A stretch of DNA of 59,313 nt, counting the filler, from Candidatus Lindowbacteria bacterium RIFCSPLOWO2_12_FULL_62_27 (GTDB lineage: Bacteria; Lindowbacteria; 2-12-FULL-62-27), in assembly GCA_001784175.1 (NCBI GenBank). It is 4 parts of 4 records of this genome, joined end to end, with 100 filler letters (N's around TTAATTAATTAA, not from the genome) between each part and the next. Parts side by side here need not be neighbours in the genome. Positions count along the whole stretch, not along the records: positions 47,395 to 59,313 come from MFPR01000039.1; 3 more parts are not named here. The stretch is one strand, 5' to 3'. The position numbers and the translations under genes were made by a program. The notes beneath the pieces are model-generated. The model was not told the DNA's origin. It saw only the letters and a list, made by a program, of their open reading frames with translations, and ran no database searches. Positions 58,029 to 59,313 of the stretch are shown in pieces. Within the stretch, counting starts at the first letter, position 1. Every line of letters starts with the position of its first letter.

Positions 58029-59313
58029 ATGGTTTCGAATCGGAAACCTTCCATCTCCTCCGTGCTCTCCGTGTTCTCCGTGGTTACGCTTCTGATGTTT
58101 CTCCTGCCTCGTACCGCCCTTGCTCTGTCGATTATGTATCCAGGAGAAGGAATCAAGACCGTCGTGTCGAAGACCGGCGAAGAGATCAAGAAAGTCCTCG
58201 CCGCCGACAACGACGCGAGCCGCGCGGCGAAGGGCGTGGTGAACACGATCGACCCGAACGCGTGGGCGGCGCATTTCGACCAGTTCGACATGGACCTCAC
58301 GCTCTCGGCCTATCACAACACCATCGACGGCAACCGGACGCGCTCGTTCCTGAAACCGGGGACGCAGACGCAGGAGCAGGTGAACGTCGGCGGCAAAAAA
58401 CGCTACGCGAGTTTCGGCGGCGGCGAGTTCGAGTTCAAATCTTCGCTCCGATCGACGGACGACCGGCAGGTCGACGCGGTGAAACGCACACGCCTGCAGG
58501 GATTGTATGGCACGTTCTCACGGCCTGACGATTACACGTTGAGGCTCGGCAACGTCAGCGGGAGTTTCACGTCGTACAGCCTGTCGGCGAGCGCGAACGT
58601 CGGCGCGCACCTGACGAAAGAGCTTGGCGGCAAAAACATGTTCAAAGAGATGCAATTGTATTTCGGCCGGCCGACGCGGCACATCGAGGGCAGCTCATTC
58701 ACGCGGTACGTCGGAGGGATGCGCCTGTCGGACCTCGAAGTGGATGGCTGGGACGAGTTGGACAAGTTCGGATTGTCGTACGTGATGACGAAGGACATCG
58801 TGGACAGCATCAAGGACACGAGTGCGCGCCCGGCGAACGCGGTGGAGAACCAGGTGGTGTCGACGGACGCGAGTTTCAAATTCGGCGACGACGCCCAGGT
58901 AGCGGCCGAGTGGGCGTATTCGAAGACCGACCCGAACACGCAGTCGAATCCCGCGGACCGCCTCAAGGGGTCGGCATACAAGGTGAACGGGTCGTATCGG
59001 GCGAAATCGCGCCTGGGATTCGACGCGACGAGCGTGACGTCGTCGTTCGAGGAAGTCGACCCGGACTTCCGGTCGACCAGCGGCGGCGGATCGCCCGACG
59101 CGCGTCGGGTGACGCTGGGGCTGAACAGCGGGATGAAACTCCACGGCAACCTGCCGGACCTCACGATGTCGTACAGCGGCAATTCGAGCCGGAACAATCT
59201 GGAGAATCAGATCGCGCGGCGGACGACCTCGACGGTGCACAATTTCAATTTCAGTTTCAAGCCGTACCAGAAAACGAAGGACGTTTCCGGTGAATTGTGG
59301 AACACCGCTCGGA
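58029..59313 (+). CDS. Secreted, probably outer-membrane beta-barrel protein, running off the window (absent from the ORF track)
   Basis: Own translation: MVSNRKPSISSVLSVFSVVTLLMFLLPRTALA|LSIMYPGEG...DYTLRLGNVSGSFTSYSL...AAEWAYS...AYKVNGSY...FEEVDPDFRS. Alternating beta-strand pattern, no stop seen. Confidence 0.75.
   Translation, partial: MVSNRKPSISSVLSVFSVVTLLMFLLPRTALALSIMYPGEGIKTVVSKTGEEIKKVLAADNDASRAAKGVVNTIDPNAWAAHFDQFDMDLTLSAYHNTIDGNRTRSFLKPGTQTQEQVNVGGKKRYASFGGGEFEFKSSLRSTDDRQVDAVKRTRLQGLYGTFSRPDDYTLRLGNVSGSFTSYSLSASANVGAHLTKELGGKNMFKEMQLYFGRPTRHIEGSSFTRYVGGMRLSDLEVDGWDELDKFGLSYVMTKDIVDSIKDTSARPANAVENQVVSTDASFKFGDDAQVAAEWAYSKTDPNTQSNPADRLKGSAYKVNGSYRAKSRLGFDATSVTSSFEEVDPDFRSTSGGGSPDARRVTLGLNSGMKLHGNLPDLTMSYSGNSSRNNLENQIARRTTSTVHNFNFSFKPYQKTKDVSGELWNTAR

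Noticed and set aside
1-59313. tRNA, rRNA, integrase or prophage structural genes
   Set aside because: None recognised by eye; the GNVGIGT protein lacks any phage gene context.

Overview
GC-rich bacterial draft-assembly sequence made of four contigs joined by artificial 100-nt spacers (N-run + TTAATTAATTAA at 15754-15853, 29329-29428, 47295-47394), so adjacency across spacers is not biological. The window is dominated by very large secreted or surface repeat proteins: a GNVGIGT fibre-like protein, two parallel beta-helix/FN3 giants (one >5200 aa with Kelch, FG-GAP, PKD and a FlgD-type C-terminus), a lamin-tail/FN3 giant and a disulfide-Ig giant. Between them sit small toxin-antitoxin-type cassettes (AbiE, HicBA, DUF4160/DUF2442, two DUF433/DUF5615 pairs), a DUF4143 ATPase, a decayed GAF-cyclase/pseudokinase gene, and a partner-switching plus sigma54-activator operon directly upstream of a consensus sigma54 promoter. 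The most striking observation is a 2109-aa secreted protein (47709-54038) whose predicted mature N-terminus is a near-eukaryotic ubiquitin domain. It is identical to human ubiquitin at 60 of the first 70 residues by manual alignment, the substitutions cluster on the Ile44/Ile36 recognition patches, and there is no GG tail. It is followed by about 15 Ig-like domains and lies in an apparent operon with a glycine-rich protein and a beta-barrel protein. Other notable patterns are accessory cassettes flanked by direct repeats that twice duplicate a neighbouring gene's 3' end, five apparently leaderless promoters with identical geometry, short tandem repeats embedded in signal peptides, and strong D-(S/T) enrichment in the giant proteins. 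All family calls come from motif recognition by eye; no database searches were run.
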